From an uncultured Coriobacteriaceae bacterium (GTDB taxonomy: Bacteria; Actinomycetota; Coriobacteriia; Coriobacteriales; Coriobacteriaceae): a stretch of DNA of 64,000 nt. A model generated the notes under the pieces. That model worked only from the letters and a program-made list of their open reading frames with translations, did no database searches and was not told the DNA's origin. This document shows positions 22,976 to 31,108 of this stretch, in pieces; within the stretch, counting starts at the first letter, position 1; each line of letters opens with the position of its first letter. The translations under genes were made by a program, and so were the position numbers. Location: NCBI GenBank assembly GCA_963931605.1, contig OZ007031.1, forward strand, positions 913,332-977,331, given 5' to 3'.

Positions 22976-25615
22976 TCATCGCAGGCCGTAGGCGCGCTTG
23001 ACGCGGGCGAGCTTGCGGCACCACGGCGCGTACAGCACCAAAAGGAACGCCACCGTTGCCACGCCGTGCGCGATGTCGAACGGCAGCGCCGCGGCGTACA
23101 CGGCGGCCAGCTGGGACGCCGTCTGGGGATGGTAGAACCCGATGATGCTCCACAGGTTGAGCACCACCCCGTACAGCGGTCCCGAAAGGAACCCGTACAA
23201 GCAGAGCGGCCAGGCGCGCAGCAACGAGCGGATCGCGGATCGCACGCGGCGCATGCTGCTGCGCACGCTGCGGCCAGCGTTCGGCGCCGAGGCCCCCGCG
23301 CCGGCACGCGCAGCCTGCGGGCCACATTCCTGCGCGGGACGGGCAGCGGACGCTGCGGCTCCAAGCTCGGACGCGCCGGCAACCGTGCCAAGCACGCCGG
23401 GCACACCGGATGCGGCGCCCTTCTCAGACGCGCCCCGAAACGCGCCGACCTGCGCCAGCACACCGGCCAGGTAGCCCACGAGCCCCCATGCGTACATCTG
23501 CCAGGGCGTCCACGGCCCCTGGCCCAGAAAGAAGTTGGAGACGAGCGCCGCCAGTGCCCCCACCATAAAGCCGCTCTGCCGCCCAAAGACCGCGCCGGCC
23601 ATGATGGCGATAGCGCTCACCGGCTTGAAGTTGGGCAGCGGCGCGAACAGCACGCGCCCGGCCGCCGCGCACGCTGCGAGCACCACGGCGGGCATCACGT
23701 CGCGCAGACGCGGGGCGCGCCGCTCGTAGTGCGAGAAGAACAGCGCGATGGCCGCAAGCACCACCACCAGCGAGAGCAGGGCCGCCTGCTGAACGCGCGT
23801 CACCGCGCAGAACGCGAGCACAGCGGGAACCGCGCCGACGGCCAGCACCTCGAGCACCGCGCCGAACACGCGGCTCAGCGTGCGCGGCCTCCCTCCCGGG
23901 CTGTCGACGCGCGCACGGGACGCTCCGCCGTCGGTACGCGGCGCCCCCGCACTCGCTGCGCCAGCCGTGCTGGCCGCACCGGACGCGCCGTCCGCTGCGC
24001 CAGCGCCCCCGTCCTCGGAGCAGCCGCCCTCAGCCTCGTCCTTTTCGTTCTCGTCGTCCTCCCCCGCCAGCAGCGCGCCGTACAGGCGCGCCGAGTCGCT
24101 CGGGCGGTACAGCAGGCTCCCCGCAAAGAAGCGCGGCGCCGGCTCGGTGCAGGCAACCTCCCCGTCAAAGACCAGCGAGACCTCTTCGGCGCAGGCCAGC
24201 GCAAAATCCAGGTCGTGCGTCACCAGAACCACGGTGCGCCCCTCGTCCGCAAGGCCCGTAAGCTCGCGCGCCACGTCGGCGGCGGCGCAAGGGTCGAGCC
24301 CCTTGGTGGGCTCGTCCAAAAACAGCAGCCGCGGCGCGGCGAGCAGCACCTTGGCAAGCGCCAGCTTCTGCTGCTGCCCGCCGGAAAGGTCGTACGGGTG
24401 GTGGTCGGCCAGCCCCGCCAACCCGAAGCGCTCGAGCATGGCGCGCTCGTCGGCCGGCGCATACCCGCAGCGGCCCCGCCACTCGGCCAGCTCGTCGGCA
24501 ACCGTATCGCACACGAGCAGGGCCTTGGGGTCTTGCGGCAGCAGCGCCTGCGAGCTGGCGAGCGGGCTGTCAACCCGCCCGCGCTGCGGCTTGTCCGCGC
24601 CGGCGAGCACGCGCAGCAGCGTGGACTTGCCGCAGCCGTTGCCGCCCACAAACGCGTGCACGCCGCCTGCGCGCACCTCGGCCGAAAGCCCGCGCAGCAC
24701 CCAGGCACCCGCGCGGTCGTAGCGGAAGAAGACGTCGCGCGCGGCCAAGACCACTTCGCCCGCCCGCGCAGGCGCCTCCAACCCACCGCGCGCCGCCATA
24801 GCGCCCGCGTGCCCGCGCCCGGCCGGCGCGCCAGCCGCCGCGCACGCCCGCTCCCAGCGCGCCCAGCGCGGGGCGAGCAGGCGCTTCTCCACCGCCGCAC
24901 GCGGGGCCCGGGGCACTTCTCGCCCCAGGTTGACGCGCTGCGTGGCCAGGCCCTCAACCTCCTCGGGGGCGTGCGTGGCCATGACCACCGTGATCCCCAG
25001 CTCCCGGTTCACCCGTCCCAGCATCGCGGTGAACTGCTCGCGCGCCACCGGGTCGAGCTGCGCGGTCGGCTCGTCGAGCAGCAGCAGCCCCGGGCGCAGC
25101 GCCAGCACCGCCGCCAAGTTCACCAGCTGCTTCTGCCCGCCAGAGAGCGTCTCGGTCCCCGCGCCCACCCACGGCTCGATGCCGAAGAAGTGCGCAACCT
25201 CGGCCACGCGCCGGCGCATGTCGCCAACGCCCGCGCCCAGGCTCTCCAGCCCAAACGCCAACTCGTGCCACACCGTGTCGCACACGATCTGCGCCGCTGG
25301 GTCCTGCATCACATAGCCGATCTCGGCTGCCGACCAGCGCGCATCCGTGCCCTCTGCCGCGCGTCCGCCCTCAACCAGCGCGCGCCCGAGCACGCGCACG
25401 CTGCCGCGCCGCTCGCCCGCCGGCGCGAGCTCGGGCTTGAGCGAGCGCAAAAGCGTGGTCTTGCCGCACCCCGTGGGCCCGGCGAGCACGCAGAAAGCGC
25501 CCTTCTCAACCGCAAGGTTCACGCCCTCGAGCACCGCCTGAGCCGGCGCGCCCGCCGCAGCGGACGGGTAGGCAAAGCCGTACCCCGCCACCCGCACTAC
25601 CTGCTCGCGCGCCAC
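22976..25615 (-). CDS. ECF transporter fusion protein: two ABC ATPase domains (EcfA-EcfA') + C-terminal S-component-like membrane domain, ~879 aa
   Basis: Walker A GPTGCGKTT and GGNGCGKST, signatures LSGGQKQ and LSGGQQQ, Walker B LLLLDEPT and LLFLDEPT. Five to six TM helices follow (PNFKPVSAIAIMAG, ...FDIAHGV). GTG 25615 was chosen because GGGAG lies 8 nt upstream. It overlaps the ecfT end; start is +/- 9 nt. Confidence 0.8.
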   Translation of the reverse strand: MAREQVVRVAGYGFAYPSAAAGAPAQAVLEGVNLAVEKGAFCVLAGPTGCGKTTLLRSLKPELAPAGERRGSVRVLGRALVEGGRAAEGTDARWSAAEIGYVMQDPAAQIVCDTVWHELAFGLESLGAGVGDMRRRVAEVAHFFGIEPWVGAGTETLSGGQKQLVNLAAVLALRPGLLLLDEPTAQLDPVAREQFTAMLGRVNRELGITVVMATHAPEEVEGLATQRVNLGREVPRAPRAAVEKRLLAPRWARWERACAAAGAPAGRGHAGAMAARGGLEAPARAGEVVLAARDVFFRYDRAGAWVLRGLSAEVRAGGVHAFVGGNGCGKSTLLRVLAGADKPQRGRVDSPLASSQALLPQDPKALLVCDTVADELAEWRGRCGYAPADERAMLERFGLAGLADHHPYDLSGGQQQKLALAKVLLAAPRLLFLDEPTKGLDPCAAADVARELTGLADEGRTVVLVTHDLDFALACAEEVSLVFDGEVACTEPAPRFFAGSLLYRPSDSARLYGALLAGEDDENEKDEAEGGCSEDGGAGAADGASGAASTAGAASAGAPRTDGGASRARVDSPGGRPRTLSRVFGAVLEVLAVGAVPAVLAFCAVTRVQQAALLSLVVVLAAIALFFSHYERRAPRLRDVMPAVVLAACAAAGRVLFAPLPNFKPVSAIAIMAGAVFGRQSGFMVGALAALVSNFFLGQGPWTPWQMYAWGLVGYLAGVLAQVGAFRGASEKGAASGVPGVLGTVAGASELGAAASAARPAQECGPQAARAGAGASAPNAGRSVRSSMRRVRSAIRSLLRAWPLCLYGFLSGPLYGVVLNLWSIIGFYHPQTASQLAAVYAAALPFDIAHGVATVAFLLVLYAPWCRKLARVKRAYGLR

Positions 25616-26502
25616 AGCCACCACTCCCTTGCCGCCAAAACCTCCGGTACCAGCATGAGCGCCGCGTACGGGGCGTAGGCCCACCACGGCGCAAGCGCGT
25701 CGAGCGCCAGGCGCGGGTAAAACGAGAACCGCGCGGCGAGCTGCCACAGCGCCAGCGCGCTCACAATCGCCAGCATCGCGATCACCACCAGGACACCGAC
25801 GTCTGCGCGCGTCAGGCGGTAGCGCCGATAGCTCGTGCGCCGCGCGCCGCACCCGTAGCCGCGGGCGCGCATGGCGTCGCCGCGCACCAGCCCGTCCTCC
25901 ATGCCCCAGCCCATGAGAACCGAGACGGTGCGCAGCCGGTCGGAAGCGGCCGCGCGCGCGTCCCTGGGCGCCGCGGCGCTTATCGAGCGCTGGACGGCGC
26001 GGATGGCCCGGCCGCGCGTCACAAACTGCGGCACCAGCCTGAGCACCTGCGAGACCATGAGCGAAACCGTGGGCAGGGCGCGTCCGAACAGCGCCAGCGT
26101 GGCCTCGCTCGTCATGCAGGCCGCGTAGCTTGCAAACCACAGCAGCACCGCCGCCATCATGGCGCCCGAGCACGCCCCGTACGCCAGCGACTCGACGTAG
26201 ATGGCGCGCGAGCCTATGCGCGCAAGCTCGGTAGACCCCGAAGCCGAGAAGAACGGGTTCAGCACCAGGGCGAGAACCACCATGGGCAGCGCCCAGAGAA
26301 GCGAGCGCGCCGTGGCCCGCGGCCCGCGCGTGACGCATGAGCAGCCCAAGGCGCCTGCCAGCGCAAGCGCCACGCACACCGGCTGCATCGCAGCCATGGC
26401 GAGCACGATGACGCAGGCGAGGTAGCAAAACGCCACCGCCGGGTGGTAGGTTGCGAACACGTTGGACAAACCGTTGGGCACGCGCGGCCCCTTCTCTTTC
26501 AT
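25597..26502 (-). CDS. ecfT: ECF transporter transmembrane (T) component, CbiQ/EcfT family, 301 aa
   Basis: Polytopic membrane protein with the Arg-containing coupling-helix region (AIRAVQRS..., GDAMRARGY). It sits immediately upstream of the ATPase genes. Confidence 0.82.
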   Translation of the reverse strand: MKEKGPRVPNGLSNVFATYHPAVAFCYLACVIVLAMAAMQPVCVALALAGALGCSCVTRGPRATARSLLWALPMVVLALVLNPFFSASGSTELARIGSRAIYVESLAYGACSGAMMAAVLLWFASYAACMTSEATLALFGRALPTVSLMVSQVLRLVPQFVTRGRAIRAVQRSISAAAPRDARAAASDRLRTVSVLMGWGMEDGLVRGDAMRARGYGCGARRTSYRRYRLTRADVGVLVVIAMLAIVSALALWQLAARFSFYPRLALDALAPWWAYAPYAALMLVPEVLAAREWWLWRASR

Positions 26503-26605
26503 ACCGTGCCAAAAAGGGACGGGTGCGCTTTAGCCGCGGCAAAGCGCACCCGTCCCTTTTTTGGCGCGCCCCGCAGCCGCACGGCCGCGGGGCGCGCCCT
26601 TCTCG

Positions 26606-27082
26606 TTACTCGAAGCTGGTGACGTAGGTGAAGGTCACCGCGTCGCCGTCCTTGAGCGTGAGCTGGTCGCACGAGACCTGCGCGTCCTCGCCGTTCACGC
26701 TGAACATCCAGCCGCTCGTGTCGCCGAAGTCATAGGCGGCCAGGCCCCCGATGCCCTCGACGTACTTGCCGTACTGGCTGTCGCTCGCGTTGATCGAAAG
26801 GCCCGTGGCCACCAGCGCGTCGTAGGCCGTAGCGCCCTCGTCGAGCTCGACGGTCTCGTCGTAGGCCACGCTGCCGTCGGCCGCGCTGGAGTCGACCTTC
26901 ACGGCCACCGCCATCTTGGCATCCTCGGCAGACGCCGCGGCGGCGCTGCCGGCGGGCGCGGTGCCGGCGTCGGTGGCAGCGGTGGTGCCCGAGCAGCCGC
27001 TCACCGCGAAGGCGAGCACCAGGCAAACGAAAAGGGAGAGCAGAGCGGTGCGCTTCTTAGGCGCAGATGCGGTTCCGAACAT
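26606..27082 (-). CDS. DUF4430-domain lipoprotein, 158 aa
   Basis: Signal peptide plus lipobox FAVSGC. C-terminal GWMFSVNGE...LKDGDAVTFTY is typical of DUF4430. ATG 27082 has GAAAGG upstream. Confidence 0.75.
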   Translation of the reverse strand: MFGTASAPKKRTALLSLFVCLVLAFAVSGCSGTTAATDAGTAPAGSAAAASAEDAKMAVAVKVDSSAADGSVAYDETVELDEGATAYDALVATGLSINASDSQYGKYVEGIGGLAAYDFGDTSGWMFSVNGEDAQVSCDQLTLKDGDAVTFTYVTSFE

Positions 27083-27139
27083 GCGGACACCTTTCTTCCA
27101 GGACCCCGGCCGCCATGCGCGCCGCGCCGGGCCCGCCCG

Positions 27140-27265
27140 CGCGAGCCCGCAGATGGAGAGGCGATCCGACTTGTTCCGCAGCGCACCGCGGAAGTTACGG
27201 TTACTGGTATAGCCGGGGACTTGCACCCCGATTCCCCTGAGCAGCCGCCGGCTCCCCGGCCGCGC
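27140..27265 (-). promoter_or_regulatory. probable cobalamin (B12) riboswitch aptamer in the leader of the DUF4430-ecfT-ecfAA'S operon
   Basis: The minus strand reads AGGGGAATCGGGGTGCAAGTCCCCGGCTATACCAGTAACCGTAA...CCGCGGTGCGCTGCGG..AAGTCGGATCGCCTCTCC. This parallels the GGGAA-GGTG-AA-TCC / CCNGNAACNGTAA core and B12-box of RF00174 as I remember them. No covariance model was run. Confidence 0.6.
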
Positions 27266-27362
27266 CGCCCGCGCCTGCGCGCCATCCATCAGGTCAGTGA
27301 TCTATGCGCCCACCAGTGTAGCAGCAACCACCCCTCCCGCACCAGAAAACCCGAGCGACAAA

Positions 27363-27438
27363 GCCTGCCATTGGGGACGGGTACGGATGGCAGACGCCGT
27401 GCCGGGTCTGCCGTCCGTACCCGTCCCCAATGGCAGGC
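27363..27438 (-). terminator. long perfect hairpin (25-bp stem with nested 7-bp hairpin) after the activase operon
   Basis: GCCTGCCATTGGGGACGGGTACGGA ... TCCGTACCCGTCCCCAATGGCAGGC, about 40 nt after the stop at 27479. There is no clear U-tract, so terminator function is inferred. Confidence 0.5.
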
Positions 27439-27478
27439 CCCAATAGCGCACGTATGGCCACGCAAATGCCAGCGAGCC

Positions 27479-28447
27479 TTAGCGGGCAGCGGCGTCGACC
27501 TTAATGGCCCCGCGGTCGCAACGGTTCCCCCACGAGTCGATGAGGTCCTGGTCGCGGTACACGCACACGATCTCGCAGTGGTTGGCGCAGTGGCCGCAGA
27601 CCACTTCGCGCGTGCGGAACTCGAAGTGGTCGATGTCGAACATGAACGGCTCTGCGCGCAGCGCCGGCGCGTCGGCCGCCAGCAGCGCCGCGCCGAACGC
27701 GCCCATGAGGTGCCCGTCGGGATCCACCAGCACCGGCACGCCGAGCGCGTCCTCAAAGGCGCGCACCACGCCCACGTTCTTCGAGACGCCGCCCTGGAAC
27801 ACCACCGGGCTCTCGATCTTCTTGCCGCGCCCCACGTTGTTCAGGTAGTTGGTGGCCACCGCGCGGCACAGCCCCGCGATCACGTCCCTCTTCTCGTAAC
27901 CCACCTGCAGCTTGTGCACCAGGTCGCTCTCGGCGAACACGGTGCAGCGCGCGGCGATGTTGGCGGGCTTGTCGCTCGTCAGCGCGATCTCGCCGAACTC
28001 CTCGACCTCGACGCCCAGGCGGTGGGCCTGGCTCGAGAGGAACGAGCCCGTTCCCGCGGCGCACAGCGTGTTCATGGCGTAGTCGACGGCGATGCCGTTC
28101 TCGATGCAGATGATCTTGGAGTCCTGGCCGCCGATCTCGAGGATCGTGCGCACGTCCGGATGCAGGAAGGTGGTACCCACGGCGTGGGCGGTGATCTCGT
28201 TTTTCACCACCTGCGCCTCGAGCATCGCGCCTACCAGCCGGCGCGCCGAGCCGGTGGTTCCGATGGCCATGACCTCGACCTCGGCGAGGTCGATTTGGCT
28301 GCGCAGGTCGTCCACCACGCGGCGCACCGCTCCCGCCGGGTCGCCCTCGGTCCACAGGTAGGAGCGGGCGATGATCTTCTTGCTCTCGTCGATCACCACG
28401 CCCTTGGTTGAGATGGAGCCGGTGTCTATGCCGAGATATGCCCTCAT
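27479..28447 (-). CDS. acyl-CoA dehydratase activase-type ATPase (BcrAD/BadFG/HgdC family) with Cys-rich C-terminus, 322 aa
   Basis: Motifs LGIDTGSISTKGVV, EIGGQDSKII, CAAGTGSFL and FQGGVSKN. C-terminal CGHCANHCEIVC...RCDRG. Confidence 0.88.
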   Translation of the reverse strand: MRAYLGIDTGSISTKGVVIDESKKIIARSYLWTEGDPAGAVRRVVDDLRSQIDLAEVEVMAIGTTGSARRLVGAMLEAQVVKNEITAHAVGTTFLHPDVRTILEIGGQDSKIICIENGIAVDYAMNTLCAAGTGSFLSSQAHRLGVEVEEFGEIALTSDKPANIAARCTVFAESDLVHKLQVGYEKRDVIAGLCRAVATNYLNNVGRGKKIESPVVFQGGVSKNVGVVRAFEDALGVPVLVDPDGHLMGAFGAALLAADAPALRAEPFMFDIDHFEFRTREVVCGHCANHCEIVCVYRDQDLIDSWGNRCDRGAIKVDAAAR

Positions 28448-29658
28448 GAGCGAACCTTTCTCATCGCGATCATGTCGTAGAACGCCTCCAGGCGGGTGTC
28501 GAGGCCCGCGTCGGAGGTCTGGGTGTCGAAGGTCAGGAACAGCACCGGCACGCGGTAGTCGCGGGAGAGGCGCTGCAGCACCGGCATCACGTCGATCTCG
28601 GGCGTGCAGCCGGCACTCTTGATGTGCACGATGCCGTCGTAGCCCGCCTCGGCGAAGCGCTTGGCCGCGGCGATGTTGAACGTGGAGGTGGGGCCCATGT
28701 CGTAGCTCGCGTACTCGGAGATGTAGGCCTGCGACGCCTCGGCGTTGTAGTGCAGGTTGAAAGTCGAGATGGACATGGCGTTGGAAAGCTCCACGCCCAT
28801 GCCCATGAGCTTCTCCTCCAGGTTGAGGCAGCTCACCGGGTCCTGCGCGGTGTAGTACTCGCCCACGATGCCCACGCGCACCGGGTCGGCGGGCTTGCGC
28901 AGCTCGAGGGCGTCAAGCGCGTCGACGGCGCGGCGGTAGCCCTCCTCGATCTCGGCAACCGAGGTGGCGGCGCTCATGTCGGAGAGGAAGGAGCGCCGCA
29001 CGCGGGCGAATGAGCCCTTCTCGGCTTCGAAACCGGCGTTGGCCAGGTAGCGATCGCGGAACGCGTCGATGTGCTCGACCATGCGCCACGCCCCCAGCGC
29101 GCCCTTGACGCCGTGGGGAACCGACAGGTTGGGGTTCACCACCTTCTTGCAAAACGACACGTAGTCGCGCAGCTTGCCGGTGGCCACGTACGAGAAGTTC
29201 AGCATCTGGAAGTTGTCGTAGCCGGCGCTGCGCAGGATCATCTCCTGCAGCTCGCCGTAGTAGTTGAGGCGGCAAAAGCCCGTGACCTGCACGAGCACGT
29301 CGGCGCCGCGGTCGAGCGCGGCGGCGTAGTCGCCGATGATGTGCTTGAACGGCGTGCAGACGTAGTCGGCGCTCATCTCCTCGCCACGCTTGAGCGTGGC
29401 GCGCGTGGGTGCGGGCGTGGGCACGAAGTCGGCGTCGAGCACCTGCTCGGTGAAGTACTTGAAAGCCGGCTCGTAGTAGCGGAAGTGGAAAAACGCCACG
29501 CGCCGGCGAGAGTGGCGGTCGCGCTTGGGGCGCTTGCCGGTGAAGAACAGCGGCCGCGGGGCGCCGTCGCTCACCAGGATGCGCCCGCGCTCCTCGGCCG
29601 GGCTCTTGGCGCGGGGCTCGCCGGCGCTCTGCTCGGGTTCGGCGGTGGTGTCACGCAT
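28444..29658 (-). CDS. 2-hydroxyacyl-CoA dehydratase-like (HGD-D family) subunit of activase-associated cluster, 404 aa
   Basis: Family-like blocks VCTPFKHIIGDY, RVGIVGEYYT and HIKSAGCTPEID. It has a 4-nt overlap with the downstream activase gene and an 8-nt overlap with the upstream gene. Confidence 0.72.
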   Translation of the reverse strand: MRDTTAEPEQSAGEPRAKSPAEERGRILVSDGAPRPLFFTGKRPKRDRHSRRRVAFFHFRYYEPAFKYFTEQVLDADFVPTPAPTRATLKRGEEMSADYVCTPFKHIIGDYAAALDRGADVLVQVTGFCRLNYYGELQEMILRSAGYDNFQMLNFSYVATGKLRDYVSFCKKVVNPNLSVPHGVKGALGAWRMVEHIDAFRDRYLANAGFEAEKGSFARVRRSFLSDMSAATSVAEIEEGYRRAVDALDALELRKPADPVRVGIVGEYYTAQDPVSCLNLEEKLMGMGVELSNAMSISTFNLHYNAEASQAYISEYASYDMGPTSTFNIAAAKRFAEAGYDGIVHIKSAGCTPEIDVMPVLQRLSRDYRVPVLFLTFDTQTSDAGLDTRLEAFYDMIAMRKVRS

Positions 29659-30652
29659 TGAGGTACCCGCCCTTCTTTTGGTACGAGAGGATGTCTACGA
29701 AGCTCTCCACGCGCGTCTCCACGCCGGCGGTTCCCGCTTGGGCGTCCACCGTGAGCGTGAGGATCGGCTTGCCGTGGATGCAGCGCTCTATGGCGTCGTC
29801 GCACATGGAGTCGGGACCGCAGGGGTAGGCGCTCATGAGCACGATGCCGTCGATGCGGTCGTGGAGCGTCAGGATCGAGCCGATGAGCTCGCGGTTCACG
29901 ATCCAGGGGATGGAGTGGCTGAACTCGTAGCTTTTCTTGAGCGTCCGGGCGCGATCGGTCTCGTCGGCGAAAAGCACGCAGGCGCCCTGGGCGCGCAGCG
30001 CGTCCTCCACCACCCCGCCCACGAAGGGGTCGTGGCTCACGTAGGGGTGCGCGGCAACCAGGATGGTGAGCGGGCGCTTCTCGGCCGGCAGCTTGGAAAG
30101 CACGCGCACGAGGCTCTCCTGCTCGCGCGCCATCTCGGCGTCGTAGGCGCGTTGGGCCGCGGCGGCAGCGCGATAGGCATGGCGAGCCTCCTTGCGCGTC
30201 ACGCCGAACCGCACGCCCAGCTCGTAGAAAGCGTCCTCCTCTGACGTGCCGCGCGGCTCGTCTATGCGCAGCGCGATCACGCGCACGCTCTTGCCGGCAA
30301 CCGCGAAGGCGTTTTTTGCGAGGTCGGGCAGCGCCTGGAACTTGGTGCAGAACGTCTCGAAGCGCCCGTAGCCCATGAGGCTCGGCACGAACACGGCGTC
30401 CACGCCCTCGTCCATGAGCGCGGACACGTGGCCCAAGAACAGCTTCGAGGCCAGACAGCACTCGTCAACCGAGAGCTTGTCGCCGATCTCGAGCGTGGCG
30501 CGGTCAGACGGGCGATCGATAACCACCTCGCGCCCCAGCTCGGAGAAGAACGTCTGCCACATCCTGCCGTAGCGGTAATACATCAGCGCGCGCGGAATGC
30601 CGACGCGCCTCACGTCGGCAAGGTCGGCGCGCTGCCTTGCAAGTTTCGCCAT
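29651..30652 (-). CDS. acyl-CoA dehydratase activase-related protein (DUF2229), 333 aa
   Basis: VGIPRALMYYRYGRMWQTFFSELGREVV is the typical DUF2229 N-terminus. Also ECCLASKLFLGH and SAYPCGPDS. GGAGGG RBS before ATG 30652. Confidence 0.75.
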   Translation of the reverse strand: MAKLARQRADLADVRRVGIPRALMYYRYGRMWQTFFSELGREVVIDRPSDRATLEIGDKLSVDECCLASKLFLGHVSALMDEGVDAVFVPSLMGYGRFETFCTKFQALPDLAKNAFAVAGKSVRVIALRIDEPRGTSEEDAFYELGVRFGVTRKEARHAYRAAAAAQRAYDAEMAREQESLVRVLSKLPAEKRPLTILVAAHPYVSHDPFVGGVVEDALRAQGACVLFADETDRARTLKKSYEFSHSIPWIVNRELIGSILTLHDRIDGIVLMSAYPCGPDSMCDDAIERCIHGKPILTLTVDAQAGTAGVETRVESFVDILSYQKKGGYLNA

Positions 30653-30805
30653 ACAGCCCTCCAGCACTCTCACATATAAGTTTGTATTGTAGCTTTGGAG
30701 CGTGGTGACACAAGGAGCAACGCAGCGCGTCAGAGCTTTTACGGCATCTCGGCGCGGGCGCAGACCCGCGTGCGTGGGGCCGGGCGCCTTTTGGCTGCGC
30801 TTTCT

Positions 30806-30984
30806 GTGCAAATATTCGAGCTATGGACGATTTGTCGTTGGCGAAGATCGTGACTGCCCGTCTGGCTTGTGGTTTTATGCATATTGATCTGCAAACGTGC
30901 AGATGTCTATCAGAGATTATTCATTTACTTTTCTCCCGGGCAGAAGCGGTTCTCCAGAATCGTCCATAGCTCGTAAAATTGCAC
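30806..30984. repeat. imperfect 27-bp inverted repeats flanking a ~125-bp AT-richer core (MITE-like or operator pair)
   Basis: GTGCAAATATTCGAGCTATGGACGATT (30806-30832) faces AATCGTCCATAGCTCGTAAAATTGCAC (30958-30984), with 16 bp perfect. The inner palindrome ATCTGCAAACGTGCAGAT lies near 30887-30904. Confidence 0.65.
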
Positions 30985-31108
30985 AGCTGCATAACGAAGT
31001 GAGGCGCTTGGCCGTCAAGCTTCAGCGCACCGACGCTCCGTGATGCGCGCAAAACCGCGGACCCTCGCGTATTATGGTTGGGAAACCCTAACCCGAGCGA
31101 GGATCCGC

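Noticed and set aside
22952-25678. 908-aa plus-strand ORF, and similar long antisense or off-frame ORFs (26561-28411, 31535-33562, 41844-44393, 48148-49812, 50439-52148, 55398-57077, 56870-59527, 61245-63206)
   Set aside because: Each overlaps a gene that has unambiguous catalytic motifs on the other strand or in another frame. Their translations are Arg/Ala/Gly/Pro/His-rich with no motifs. This is the expected consequence of stop-codon scarcity at this G+C content.
25616-26542. N-terminal ~309 codons of the 1188-aa track ORF (22976-26542) as part of the ECF ATPase gene
   Set aside because: This stretch is an alternative frame of ecfT, whose own frame gives a coherent polytopic T-component. 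The ATPase domain begins right after a GGGAG RBS near 25624, so the gene is taken to start at GTG 25615.
31040-31108. Track start (ATGATG at 31040) for ygiQ
   Set aside because: It has no RBS. The ATG at 31109 has GAGGA 6 nt upstream and leaves the conserved YgiQ core intact.
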